A DNA stretch of 64,000 nt from Macrostomum hystrix (taxonomy: Eukaryota > Animalia > Platyhelminthes): contig CATNEN010000040.1 in NCBI GenBank assembly GCA_950097015.1, positions 62,001-126,000 on the forward strand. Reading direction: 5' to 3'. Below are positions 1 to 11,724 of this stretch, one piece after another; position 1 is the stretch's first letter; each line of letters begins with the position of its first letter. The notes below the pieces were generated by a model. The model did not search any database. It had not been told where the DNA came from and saw only the letters and a list, made by a program, of their open reading frames with translations. The translations under genes and the position numbers were made by a program.

Positions 1-423
1 AATAACCGAATTTTCCATTGTTTTTTTCGATTCTCTGTTTGATTGATTGGTTCTAGTGTGTATTCACGTACACATATAATGAACAAAAAAGTACGATTAA
101 GTCCAATACTTATTTCTCTAATGCAGTAGCAAATTTTCTAATTTTTTACTAACAAAGCGGTAAAACTTTATTCAACCAATTGATTCCTACTGATTCTAGG
201 CCACTAGGCCATAAGCTATGCGTGATGCTTAGTTCTTTTGTTATTTGAATCTCCGTTTATGATTTCACTTTTGTTTGGCTTTGTGGCCAGTTGAACAAGC
301 TGTTTGCTTGTTTCATTTCTATTTCTTTACCGAACAGATTTTTCTGTTTTGATATTTTATTCTCGATATTTTAGTGTCAAGTTTTTAATTAAAATTAATA
401 GTATGACAGCTCAAGAGCTTAAG

Positions 424-1160
424 AGTGAAAAGGAACAGTGAGGGTGACAAGAAACAGCCGAGAGTGACAAGAAACAGAGGAGTTTGACAAGGAACAGAGG
501 AGTTTGACAAGGAACAGAGGAGAGTGACAAGAAACAGAGGAGAGTGACAAGGAATAGAGGAGAGTGACAAGGAACAGAGGAGAGTGACAAGGAACAGAGG
601 AGAGTGACAAGGAGCAGAGAAGAGTGACAAGGAGCAGAGAAGAGTGACAAGGAGCAGAGAAGAGGCACAAGAAACAGCGGAGAGTGACAAGGAGCAGAGA
701 AGAGTGACAAGGAACAGAGGAGAGTGACAAGAAACAGAGGAGAGTGACAAGGAACAGAGGAGAGTGACAAGGAACAGAGGAGAGTGACAAGGAGCAGAGA
801 AGAGTGACAAGGAGCAGAGAAGAGTGACAAGGAGCAGAGAAGAGGCACAAGGAACAGAGGAGAGTGACAAGAAACAGCGGAGAGTGACAAGGAGCAGAGA
901 AGAGTGACAAGGAGCAGAGAAGAGGCACAAGGAACAGAGGAGAGTGACAAGAAACAGCGGAGAGTGACAAGGAGCAGAGAAGAGTGACAAGGAACAGAGG
1001 AGATTGACAAGAAACAGAGGAGTTTGACAAGAAACAGAGGAGTTTGACAAGAAGCAGGAGAGTGACAAGGAACAGAGGAGAGTGACAAGAAACAGAGGAG
1101 AGTGACAAGGAATAGAGGAGAGTGACAAGGAACAGAGGAGAGTGACAATGAGCAAATGAG
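424..1160. repeat. 20-bp minisatellite (GAGAGTGACAAGGAACAGAG variants)
   Basis: Head-to-tail units seen directly; explains the three overlapping minus-strand low-complexity ORFs. Confidence 0.95.
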
Positions 1161-1644
1161 AGTTTGTTGTTTTGACTTGCAATCAATAAAGAGAGTTCGT
1201 GGGCAAGAAGCTTGTATTTAAATTTATTAACCTAATTTTATACTTTTTATCAATAATTGAATCTGCAGTTTCTCAGTTTTGTTCTGCCTTTTATTAACTT
1301 TGAATGGCTCAAAAAGTTTTTGATCGCTTCATATACACCTGCTGGCTATATGGCTTTTGTACACTCAGAAGAACTTTGATTAGCTGAAATACAACGTTAG
1401 AAATTTATCTAACTGCACTATTTTTTGCTTTGTGTTTTCTCTCCACTTATTCGTTGGTCGATGATGTCAGAATTTTTACACGAAATTACACGACTCGTGA
1501 GCTTGGGCTATTTTATTTAACTTAATTAAACGTAGGGAACACATCTGAATTACTTTTTCTATTATATACTATGCAAAGACGACAACCGACTAAGCAAAAT
1601 GATCCGCAAATTTATTGATAAGTAACAGTAAAGTGTAATCAGGA

Positions 1645-2108
1645 GCATTAAAGAGTGATCAGGAACAGCAGGGAGTGATCAGGAACAGCAGGGAGTGATC
1701 AGGAACAGCAGGGAGTGATTAGAAACACAAAGGAGTGATCAGGAACAGTAAGGGGTGATTAGAAACACAAAGGAGTGATCAGGAACAGTAAGGGGTGATT
1801 AGAAACACAAAGGAGTGATCAGGAACAGTAAGGAGTGATTAGAAACACAAAGGAGTGATCAGGAACAGTAAGGAGTGATTAGAAACGCAAAGGAGTGATC
1901 AGACACAGTAAGGAGTGATTAGAAACACAAAGGAGTGATCAGGAACAGTAAGGGGTGATTAGAAACACAAAGGAGTGATCAGGAACAGTAAGGAGTGATT
2001 AGAAACACAAAGGAGTGATCAGGAACAGTAAGGAGTGATTAGAAACACAGGAGTGATCAGGAACAGTAAGGAGTGATTAGAAACACAAAGGAGTGATCAG
2101 GAACAGTA
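1645..2108. repeat. 20/40-bp minisatellite (GGAGTGATCAGGAACAGTAA / GGAGTGATTAGAAACACAAA alternating)
   Basis: Alternating two-unit array; the unit resembles the 424-1160 array (GAGTGA..AGGAACAG). Confidence 0.95.
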
Positions 2109-2881
2109 AATATAAAAACCGGGTATTTATGACTTAGTAGAGTCTATCTCTAATTTAGTAGAGCTATCTCACATATGACGAGCGCAGTACCTTACAAGGA
2201 CCATTGTGGCTTCTTTTAATTGAAATTGTCGAGTATAGTAAATAGACTGAGTTCTCATCTTATTCCCATCTACCACAGTGTTAATTATAGCTGCTCTCTG
2301 TGAGCGCAGAGCTCGAGTTTATATTTTCTTTTACCCCTCTAAGGTTTCCATGACAATTCTGCTTAATTTTACTCCAATTTGAGAATGTGTCTCCCTCAAC
2401 TCATTATATATAGATTGTTTAGTGGCTAAGAAAGAGAAAGTGAGAAAGTGTTGGTCACTCCCCTGTGTAATCATTTGAGAACTGCTTGTATATAAACCAG
2501 CCCTTGTCTTGATTTTCTGACTCCCAATTTTGACTGAGCTGGTGTGTGTGTGTGATTAGGTCCTGTCGCCCTGATCTTGCTCCCATCGCAATTTCCTCTA
2601 GCCAACGGACTGCATCGATCCAGTTATAACCAGGTAATGCTTTGGAGCACGCCTGCTCACTGCTTTCATATTGTTTTGATAAGCATGCGGTGTGGAAGTT
2701 GACTTGCAATCTTGATAGTTTTTGGGAGAGTTAATAAAATAATAATATTTACTTTAATTAAAAAGGAAATTCGCCGGAAAAAAATTTGGTGCAGTGACTT
2801 CATGTTAGTGAAAACCTTTCATTTTACTATTCTTTTTTTGTCGACTAAATATGCCAAACTTCTTAGACTTCACCGTTATCT

Positions 2882-3325
2882 CTGAACTGGCACACCTGAA
2901 GCTCGTCCTTCTTTGTCCCTGAAGTGGCACACCTGAAGCCTGAAGCTCATCTTCTTTGTCCCTGAACTGGCACACCTGAAACCTGAAGCTCGTCCTTCTT
3001 TGTCCCTGAACTGGCACACCTGAAACCTGAAGCTCGTCCTTCTTTGTCCCTGAACTGGCACACCTGAAACCTGAAGCTCGTCCTTCTTTGTCCCTGAAGT
3101 GGCACACCTGAAACCTGAAGCTCGTCCTTCTTTGTCCCTGAAGTGACACACCTGAAACCTGAAGCTCGTCCTTCTTTGTCCCTGAAGTGGCACACCTGAA
3201 ACCTGAAGCTCGTCCTTCTTTGTCCCTGAAGTGGCACACCTGAAACCTGAAGCTCGTCCTTCTTTGTCCCTGAAGTGGCACACCTGAAGCTCGTCCTTCT
3301 TTGTCCCTGAACTGGCATGCCGCCT
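2882..3325. repeat. 44-bp minisatellite (CTGAAACCTGAAGCTCGTCCTTCTTTGTCCCTGAACTGGCACAC)
   Basis: About 10 near-identical head-to-tail units with no spacers. Confidence 0.95.
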
Positions 3326-3405
3326 GAAGCTCCTCTTCCAGGCTTGAAGATATTTGGCATCTATTTAGCTTCTTCCTCACAGGCCTTCTTTTGTCAGGGA
3401 AGAAA

Positions 3406-4705
3406 ATGAGCGATCCTATCCAAGTAGCCGACGGGAAGCCGGTTGACGACAAGTACCTAATGCTGACTAACCCGCGCGAGTACCGCAAGGCCCGGATGAA
3501 GAATATGAAGCTGGACAGCGTGCTGCGCAAGCAGCTGCTGGCCTGGCGCAGCGAGGAGCAACTGGCACTAGGCCAGCTGCGATTCGCCAGCCGCGAGGCC
3601 GAGCAGCAGAAGGAGTCGCTGCGGCAGCAGCTGCTGTTCAGCCGGGCCACCAGTCTGGCCTGCCTGGAGGCGCAAGCCAACGGCGGCGAGTCGCTAAGAG
3701 ACCAGCTGGCTCGCCTGCAGCAGGGGTGAGCCCTGCCGATGATGGGCTTGCATCTGATGTATTTAAGATAGAATTATCTGAGTATCTAGATTAGCATCTA
3801 GTGCAGGGGTAGGCAAACTTATTTGCTGGCGGGCCAAAGGGAGAACCTAAAAGACGACAGCAGGCCGCATTGACTGTATAAATATGAGATAGGGGAGAGA
3901 TGAGACACGGGAGAGATAGACACGGGAGAGATGAGACACGGGAGAGATAAGACACGGGAGAGATGAGACACGGGAGAGATAAGACACGGGAGAGATGAGA
4001 CACGGGAGAGATAAGACACGGGAGAGATGAGACACGGGAGAGATAAGACACGGGAGAGATAAGACACAGGAGAGATAAGACACGGGAGAGATAAGACACG
4101 GGAGAGATGAGACACGGGAGAGATGAGACACGGGAGAGATGAGACAGGAGAGATTAGACACGGGAGAGATGAGACAGGAGAGATTAGACACGGGAGAGAT
4201 GAGACAGGAGAGATTAGACACGAGAGAGATGAAACAGGACACTGTAGATGTCAGAAGGGGCAACGGGCCGGATTTGGGAGCTTCGAGGGCCGCATCTGGC
4301 CCGCGGGCCGGAGTTTGCCGACCCCTGATCTAGTGGGATACAGATTAGCATCTTGTGGGATACAGATTAGCATCTTGTGGGATACAGATTAGCAGCTTGT
4401 GGGATACAGATTAGCATCTAGTGGGATACAGATTAGCATCTAGTGGGATACAGATTAGCATCCAGTGGGATACAGATTAGCATCTTCGCGAGGCCCTCTT
4501 CAACCTCGGCAGCGCGGACATCTACGCGCTGGACTATGCCAAGTCGGTCCGGCGGCCACGCAAAACCGGCCAGCAGCTGCGCCAGGAGGTGGCTCAGCGC
4601 TTGGCCGAGAAGCTGGAGTCGCAGGCCGGCGCCCTGGCTGCCGCAAAACGACGAAGCACGGCCGGCAGCTGGCTGGGTCGGAGAAAACCGAACGAGGAAA
4701 AGTAG
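3406..4705 (+). CDS. Hypothetical coiled-coil protein, about 170 aa; predicted exons 3406-3725 and 4513-4705
   Basis: AAAATG start and strongly GC3-biased codons. Donor GG|GTGAG (phase 2) joins in frame to pyrimidine-rich CAG|C at 4513, giving ...LARLQQG-ADIYALDYAKSVRRPRK...EEK*. AATAAA near 5290. No family recognised. Confidence 0.7.
3804..4327. mobile_element. Non-autonomous hAT (Charlie/Buster-type) MITE in an intron
   Basis: TIRs CAGGGGTAGGCAAACT / AGTTTGCCGACCCCTG (16 bp, 1 mismatch). Perfect 8-bp TSD ATCTAGTG at 3796-3803 and 4328-4335. Subterminal GGCCCGCGGGCC motif typical of this family. Confidence 0.9.
3888..4232. repeat. 16-bp minisatellite (GAGATGAGACACGGGA) inside the hAT MITE
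   Basis: Tandem units seen directly; reverse complement of the unit at 11725-12568. Confidence 0.9.
4328..4485. repeat. 22-bp minisatellite (GATTAGCATCTAGTGGGATACA)
   Basis: About 7 units; a partial unit lies left of the hAT insertion at about 3786-3803. Confidence 0.9.
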
Positions 4706-4810
4706 CTGCGACTGTACACAGCAATGGGTCATGGAGCGACTTAAACATGCTTCTTTATTAACAGTAGAATTTTCGTTCTCCGATGAACTAACGGAGCATA
4801 CGAAATATCT

Positions 4811-5260
4811 GTGACCAGGACAAGCATCATTGCTCTGAATACCTGGTGACCAGGACAAGCATCATTGCTCTGAATACCTGGTGACCAGGACAAGCATCAT
4901 TGCTCTGAATACCTGGTGACCAGGACAAGCATCATTGCTCTGAATACCTGGTGACCAGGACAAGCATCATTGCTCTGAATACCTGGTGACCAGGACAAGC
5001 ATCATTGCTCTGAATACCTGGTGACCAGGACAAGCATCATTGCTCTGAATACCTGGTGACCAGGACAAGCATCATTGCTCTGAATACCTGGTGACCAGGA
5101 CAAGCATCATTGCTCTGAATACCTGGTGACCAGGACAAGCATCATTGCTCTGAATACCTGGTGACCAGGACAAGCATCATTGCTCTGAATACCTGGTGAC
5201 CAGGACAAGCATCATTGCTCTGAATACCTGGTGACCAGGACAAGCATCATTGCTCTGAAT
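4811..5260. repeat. 35-bp minisatellite (GTGACCAGGACAAGCATCATTGCTCTGAATACCTG)
   Basis: About 13 identical contiguous units with no spacers. Confidence 0.95.
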
Positions 5261-5704
5261 AAGCTTCTATGGCGAATCCATGTTGGCTCAATAAAAAAGT
5301 TAATAATACTCGTATCATCAGTAACATCAACAATAATTGTTGACATGGCTACATGATGAGTTTCTGGTTGTTTGACTGTTTCTGGATGTTTTGTGATTCT
5401 GGAAGTTGTTTCATCGGATGGAGCGAAAAACTTTCGATCGTGTTGAATCGTTTAGGCGATTGGTTGAATATTTTTGGAGATGCAGAAAAAACAAGAATGT
5501 GGTTGTTTGAAATACTCCGTGGTCTCTTTTACTGTTAATGACCCAACTGATTGCTAAATAGTTTTAAACGAAAAATATAAATTCAAAATTGTTTTTATTA
5601 CAATAATTTTTACCTCAATTCTTCCGTTCTTTGGTACTTTTTTTCGTATGCTCATACGGGGTTGTTCAAAATAGTTTTCACTAAAAACCTAATAAGTTTT
5701 TGAA

Positions 5705-7135
5705 CCATTTCATCAGTCTCCACCCCATCAGGCTCCATTCCATAAAGTTCCATTCCATCGCTCCATTCCATCACACCATCAGGCTCCATTCCATCACACC
5801 ATCAGGCTGCATTCCATCACTCCATCAGGCTCCATTCCATCAGGCTGCATTCCATCACTCCATCAGGCTCCATTCCATCAGGCTGCATTCCATCACTCCA
5901 TCAGGCTCCATTCCATCAGGCTGCATTCCATCACTCCATCAGGCTCCATTCCATCACTCCATCAGGCTCCACTCCATAAGTCTACATTCCATCACTTCAT
6001 CAGGCTCCACTCCATTAGGCTCCACTCCATAAGGCTCCATTCAATCAGGCTCCATTCCATCACTCCATAAGGCTCCATTCAATCAGGCTCCACTCCATTA
6101 GGCTCCATTCAATCAGGCTCCATTCCATCACTCCATAAGGCTCCATTCAATCAGGCTCCATTCCATCACTCCATCAGGCTCCACTCCATAAGGCTTCATT
6201 CAATCAGGCTCCATTCCATCACTCCATAAGGCTCCACTCCATAAGGCTCGATTCAATCAGGCTCCATTCCATCAGGCTCCATTCCATCACTCCATCAGGC
6301 TCCATTCTGTAAGGCTCCATTCAATCAGGCTCCATTCCATCACTCCATCAGGCTCCACTCCATAAGGCTCCATTCAATCAGGCTCCATTCCATCACTCCA
6401 TCAGTCTCCACTCCATAAGGCTCCATTCAATCAGGCTCCATTCCGTCACTCCATCAGGCTCCATTCAATCAGGCTCCATTCAATCAGGCTCCATTCCATT
6501 AGGCTCCATTCAATCAGGCTCCATTCCATCACTCCATCAGGCTCCACTCCATAAGGCTCCATTCAATCAGGCTCCATTCCATCACTCCATCAGGCTCCAT
6601 TCCATAAGGCTCCACTCCATAAGGCTCCATTCCATCACTCCATCAGGCTCCACTCCATAAGGCTCTATTCAATCAGGCTCCATTCCATCACATCATCAGG
6701 CTCCACTCCATCAGGCTCCATTCCATCACTCCATCAGGCTCCACTCCATAAGGCTCCATTCAATCAGGCTCCATTCCATCACTTCATCAGGCTCCACTCC
6801 ATCAGGCTCCATTCCATAAGGCTCCATTCCATCACTTCATCAAGCTCCACTCCATCAGGCTCCATTCCATCACTCCATCAGTCTCCACTCCATAAGGCTC
6901 CATTCAATCAGGCTCCACTCCATCAGGCTCCATTCCATCACTCCATCAGTCTCCACTCCATAAGGCTCCATTCAATCAGGCTCCACTCCATCACTCCATC
7001 AGTCTCCACTCCATAAGGCTCCATTCAATCAGGCTCCACTCCATCAGGCTCCATTCCATCACTCCATCAGTCTCCACTCCATAAGGCTCCATTCAATCAG
7101 GCTCCACTCCATTAGGCTCCATTCCATCACCCACC
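5705..7135. repeat. Complex CCATT/CCATCAGGCT satellite
   Basis: Mosaic of 5-, 10- and 15-bp subunits (AGGCTCCATTCCATCACTCCATC). Confidence 0.9.
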
Positions 7136-7225
7136 AGTTGTAATACTAAGTGAGAAATTACTGTTGATTTCAGGCGCAGTTTTTCTGTGGAATTCGGATC
7201 TGTAAGTCAATCAATTATTAAATTA

Positions 7226-10200
7226 ATGGCTGGTCCACTGGCGCGTGTGAATCAGCTGCTAAAACTGCTTTGGGGCCTTCTTTGGGCCGCATGGAACTTT
7301 CTAGTCGGGTAAGCTTAGATAGAGAGTGCATACTGTGACTTCTAATCCTACTATCGATTCTACTGATTGATTTTTATCCATAATTATTTCCCAAATAGTC
7401 TGAACGAAAATGATTGGCTGGCGGTGACATCAAACGAAAATCGTCGGCGAGAGCAGCTGTTTAACTCCAGCTTACAGTCGGAGTCACTCAGCCTGCCTTG
7501 GACCATTGAGATGACTCAACTGAATGATGGTACGTGCGATGGTGGGCCGCTGACTGCGCGTCAAAATTTATGAGCACTTTTGATCGGTAGGTTAGGCAGA
7601 TCGGTAGGTTAGGCAGATCGGTAGGTTAGGCAGATCGGTAGGTTAGGCGGATCGGTAGGTTTGGCAGATCGGTAGGTTAGGCAGATCGGTAGGTTAGGCA
7701 GATCGGTAGGTTAGGCAGATCGGTAGGTTAGGCAGATCGGTAGGTTAGGCAGATCGGTAGGTTAGGCAGATCGGTAGGTTAGGCAGATCGGTAGGTTAGG
7801 CAGATCGGTAGGTTAGGCAGATCGGTAGGTTAGGCGGATCGGTAGGTTTGGCAGATCGGTAGGTTAGGCAGATCGGTAGGTTAGGCGGATCGGTAGGTTA
7901 GGCAGATCGGTAGGTTAGGCAGATCGGTAGGTTAGGCAGATCGGTAGGTTAGGCAGATCGGTAGGTTAGGCAGATCGGTAGGTTAGGCGGATCGGTAGGT
8001 TAGGCGGATCGGTAGGTTAGGCAGATCGGTAGGTTAGGCGGATCGGTAGGTTAGGCAGATTGGTAGGTTTGGCAGATCGGTAGGTTAGGCAGATCCAGGG
8101 ACTACTAAAACACTCGGGACGCGAAACGAGCCAAATCATGGTGAAAAAAGTTGGGGGCTCGTTTAAGTCTATGGGCGCCCAATTTTTCATGCATTAAATG
8201 CATTATGATCAGCTGAGCTGCTGAAAAGACTAAGGCCACAGTTCTATTATTTTTGCTTCAAAAGGTATAGAAGGTTCTCTAAAAGGTTGTTAGTAATATT
8301 TACTATGTTTTCTGTTGTCTTTGAGTAGTAAAACACGGCCGTACAGAGTACAATGACATACATTTAAGCACGTGAGAAAAACACGAAGAAAGGGTTTTAA
8401 CGTAGCATGGTGTATATAGCGCGGAATGGAACTGAACATAGCTTATTTGAGGAGGAACTCATATGAGGACCTGCATAGGAAGAACTGGGGTACTAAGGTC
8501 TGCACCTGGCGGTTGAATAGTTAAGGTTCCATTGGATTCAGTTTGCCAATTGTTGCGAATGCACTTCAGAATGTGAACAAAGTCAAAGATCATGTAAAAT
8601 TTCGACACCTGCGCAGGATCCTTCCCAATCCATGGTGGTTCACTTCCATCGTTAAATAAGGCAAAGCATCGGCGATTGGCTGGGTGGTTGTCACAGACCA
8701 GAGCAACGACGCGACCACCGTTTTGATTGATTGTTTTAATGCACTGGCTGACGTTCATTTTCATAAACTCTGCCGTTAAGAGATAGGTTGGAAGTAGCCG
8801 AATAACAAATGGTACTCCTCCAAATAGTGGCTTCACCATTATATCCAGAATCGTGCGAGCTGCCTGGCTTGGGTCGTCAACAGATCGTCCCAGAAGGTGG
8901 CGACAGCGGTAGCGAACTGACGGCTGACGACGTGATGTCGTAGCGCGATTGTTGGAACTGACTAGTGAAAGCCTCAGTTGCTGAATCAAAAACATTATCG
9001 ATGGATCAATCCGGGATTCAAGCTCGGTATTTGCGGCCAAAGTACTCTGCATTTTCTTTACAAATGCTGTTACCTCGTGTTGAACTTTAGAGTCGGAATT
9101 CTTGCAACGCACAATGACAGCATCCAATTGGGACCAATACTTTAGTGTCGGTTGAAATCCCAGCAAGTCTCGAATCAGAACAGGTGTGTGCATAATGAAT
9201 GCGCGAACGGAGAAGTTTGGGGCAATAAAAACTCGAACAGAAAGTTCTCCATCCGCATCTAACGAAAACAGGTAGACTTCTTCGCCAAGGATGGTGGCGA
9301 TCAACGCATGCTGAGTCACAACTTCCACGCTCTTGACAACCACTTTAACTTGCAGTTAAAGACGCTGCACTTTCTCGGCATTTTTCACATTCGCACAAGA
9401 GTTGGGGGCTTGTTCTTTGCCCTCACACTTCTTGAGACTTAAGAGTTGCAGTTGGAATGGTCATAGAACACTGCTTTCAAACGAGCCCCCAACTTTTTTC
9501 ACCATGATTTGGCTCGTTTCGCGTCCCGAGTGTTTTAGTAGTCCTCCCTGGGCAGATCGGTTGGTTTCGTAGATTGGTAGGTTAGGCAGATCGGTAGGTT
9601 AGACAGATCGGTAGGTTTGGCAGATCGGTAGGTTACGCAGATTGGTAGGTTAGTCAGATTGGTAGGTTATGCAGATCGTTCGGTTAAGCAGATCGGTAGG
9701 TTAGGCAGATCGGTAGGTTAGGCGGATCGGTAGGTTAGGCAGATCGGTATGTTAGGCAGATTGGTAGGTTAGGCAGATTGGTAGGTTAGACAGATTGGTA
9801 GGTAAGGCAGATTGGTAGGTTAGGCAGATTGGTATGTTAGGCAGATTGGTAGGTTAGGCAGATTGGTAGGTTAGGCAGATCGGTATGTTAGGCAGATCGC
9901 TAGGTATTTTCGTCATCAATCCGCAGAGGACGCGGTGGAACTCACCTGCGCCTACAACCTGTCGCCAAGCAGTGGCCTCAGCGACATTCAAATCGACCGC
10001 ATCGGCGTCATGCGATCCGTTGGGGTCACCGAGTTCTACACCGGCTGCCTGGAGAGGTGGTCCGACTTTCTGCGGCAGTCGCAGGAGCGCCTTGAGCCTC
10101 TAGACTGGAGGCAAGTGGCTCGGGATGCGGGGACTAGTTGGGAATCGATGCTATTGTGATCATTCTGTTGATTGAATGTGCGTTTCTTCACAGCGAATCC

Positions 10201-10710
10201 ACCGGCAGTTCGGTGGTCGCCCGACTGACCGACGCAACAGCCGGGCAGAGCTTCTCGCCGCAGGCTTACCCGCTAGTGACTTTCGCGTTCGGCTCCTACG
10301 CCTGGAGAGGCCGGACTGACAGCGGCAATTTCCGCTGCTGCCTGGTTGCCGTGATTCACCTGCGAATGTCGCCCGACCAACCGCCCGGACAGATAATGCG
10401 CCGGTTTTTTCTAAACTGGGCATCGGAGCAGGAGCCGCCTGGAGTACAATGGCGGCCGCGGATCATTGAACTGAAGTCCTACTACAGCACCGCTGATGCC
10501 GCTTCTGAGGTCGGCCTGTGCGTTGTCTGCCAGTCGGAGCCGGCCTGTGTCCTCCTGCTGCCCTGTAGGCACGCGTGCGTGTGCGGCGAGTGCGCAGCCA
10601 GACTGCCGTCGGATCTGTGTCCGTTGTGCCGCCGCCTGGCGCACTCCCGACTGGTGCTTCCACCGCAGCCGGGCAGCTCAACTACCGGCTCTGCTGACAC
10701 TGCCGCCTAG
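7226..10710 (+). CDS. CGRRF1: CGRRF1-like RING finger protein (C3HC4); predicted exons 7226-7308, 7399-7529, 9927-10110, 10194-10710
   Basis: Hydrophobic N-terminus (LLKLLWGLLWAAWNFLVG), YPLV...VIH...RII.LK segment and C-terminal CVVCQ...LLPCRHACVC..C....CPLCR RING, matching CGRRF1 organisation as recalled. All four exons join in phase (2,1,2); the third intron is GC-AG. Confidence 0.75.
7581..8095. repeat. 17-bp minisatellite (GGTAGGTTAGGCAGATC), left half
   Basis: Very homogeneous array in CGRRF1 intron 2. Confidence 0.95.
8096..9550 (-). mobile_element. Internally deleted P-superfamily DNA transposon, about 1.45 kb
   Basis: About 70-bp TIRs starting CAGGG(AG)GACTACTAAAACACTCGGGACGCGAAACGAGCC (the left copy lacks 3 bp). 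8-bp TSD GGCAGATC at 8088-8095 and 9551-9558. Contains a truncated transposase ORF. Confidence 0.88.
8459..9343 (-). pseudogene. Truncated P-element/THAP9-type transposase
   Basis: Motifs LVCDNHPANRRCF and FDFVHILKCIRNNW match the P-transposase D...D.pH.lK.iRNn region. The first catalytic DE motif and the C-terminal part are not visible. The ORF starts at GTG, not ATG. Confidence 0.8.
9551..9905. repeat. 17-bp minisatellite, right half (more degenerate)
   Basis: Same unit as 7581-8095 with more substitutions; ends about 20 bp before the acceptor at 9926. Confidence 0.9.
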
Positions 10711-10774
10711 GGCCTCCTCTGTGCAGATTCCTGGAAAAAACTGCTTGAAAACATTGAAACAGCCTAGACTCGTA

Positions 10775-11105
10775 GGATCCTGGAAATATTATAGATTGGA
10801 CCCTAGATAGGAACCTGGAAATACCCTTGACAGGACCCTGGAAATACCCTATATAGTACCCTGGAAGTATCCTAGATAGGACCCTGGAAATACCCTAGAT
10901 AGTACCCTGGAAGTATCCTAGATAGGACCCTGGAAATACCCTAGATAGTACCCTGGAAGTATCCTAGATACAACCCTGGAAATATCCTATATAGTACCCT
11001 GGAAGTATCCTAGATAGGACCCTGGAAATACCCTAGATGGGACCCTGGAAATGCCCTAGATAGCACAGGATATACCTTAGATAGGACCTAGGAAATTCAC
11101 TAGAT
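10775..11105. repeat. 20/40-bp minisatellite (CCCTGGAAATACCCTAGATA variants)
   Basis: Tandem units just downstream of the CGRRF1-like stop codon. Confidence 0.9.
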
Positions 11106-11724
11106 AGAACTGTTTAAAAACGGAGAAACGCTGCACTATATACTATAAGTAGTGATTGCATTTTCTATTTTAATCATCGCTCATCACTTTAAATATAATT
11201 AAACCAAGATTTCTTTCTGTTTTTTTTAAAAAGCATTGCAGTTTTCTTCGCTGGCTACTGCAAATAGCAAGTAGCTCGCAAGAACTCTAAGCATAAGATC
11301 TATCTGTTTTGGCATATACTATTTTACCTGCTCACCTGCTGTCGAAATTATATGTTAAGTGGAGAATAATTGTGTAAAAGTCCGCTTGAGTATGCTCGAA
11401 CTTTACCCTGCAAAAAATACTATCCGAGTCGTTAGTTCGCGTTGCCTATTGGTTATTTCTTGGTGCATAATATACAGGGGGATAAGTATACAGGAGGATT
11501 AGCGAGAGGAGATTAACGAGGGATCTGCGAGAATAAGATAAGCTAATGGTTTGCGTTTAGGGGAGCCTTGAAAAAATCCCCAGGGCAGTCTCAAAGAAAA
11601 TGCCTTTGTTAAATTTCTGCTTAGGTTAAAATTGGTTACTCATGTCAAAAAAGTTACGTGAAATTCCGGTCAAATCCCCTCAAACTGAATCCTGAGATCC
11701 TGAATCCCATCCGGTTACTCTAAC

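Noticed and set aside
4443-4814. Alternative frames for exon 2 of the orphan gene (ORFs 4443-4814 and 4465-4761)
   Set aside because: The starts lie in a repeat, and the frame ending at 4705 has far stronger GC3 bias and a phase-compatible acceptor.
4811-5260. CRISPR-like 35-bp repeats (also the 30-bp array at 37115 and the 44-bp array at 2882)
   Set aside because: Units are contiguous with no unique spacers, there are no cas genes, and the context is eukaryotic.
7581-8095. Telomere-like TTAGG within the 17-bp array
   Set aside because: The motif is embedded in a longer unit inside an intron and is not a (TTAGGG)n or (TTAGG)n tract.
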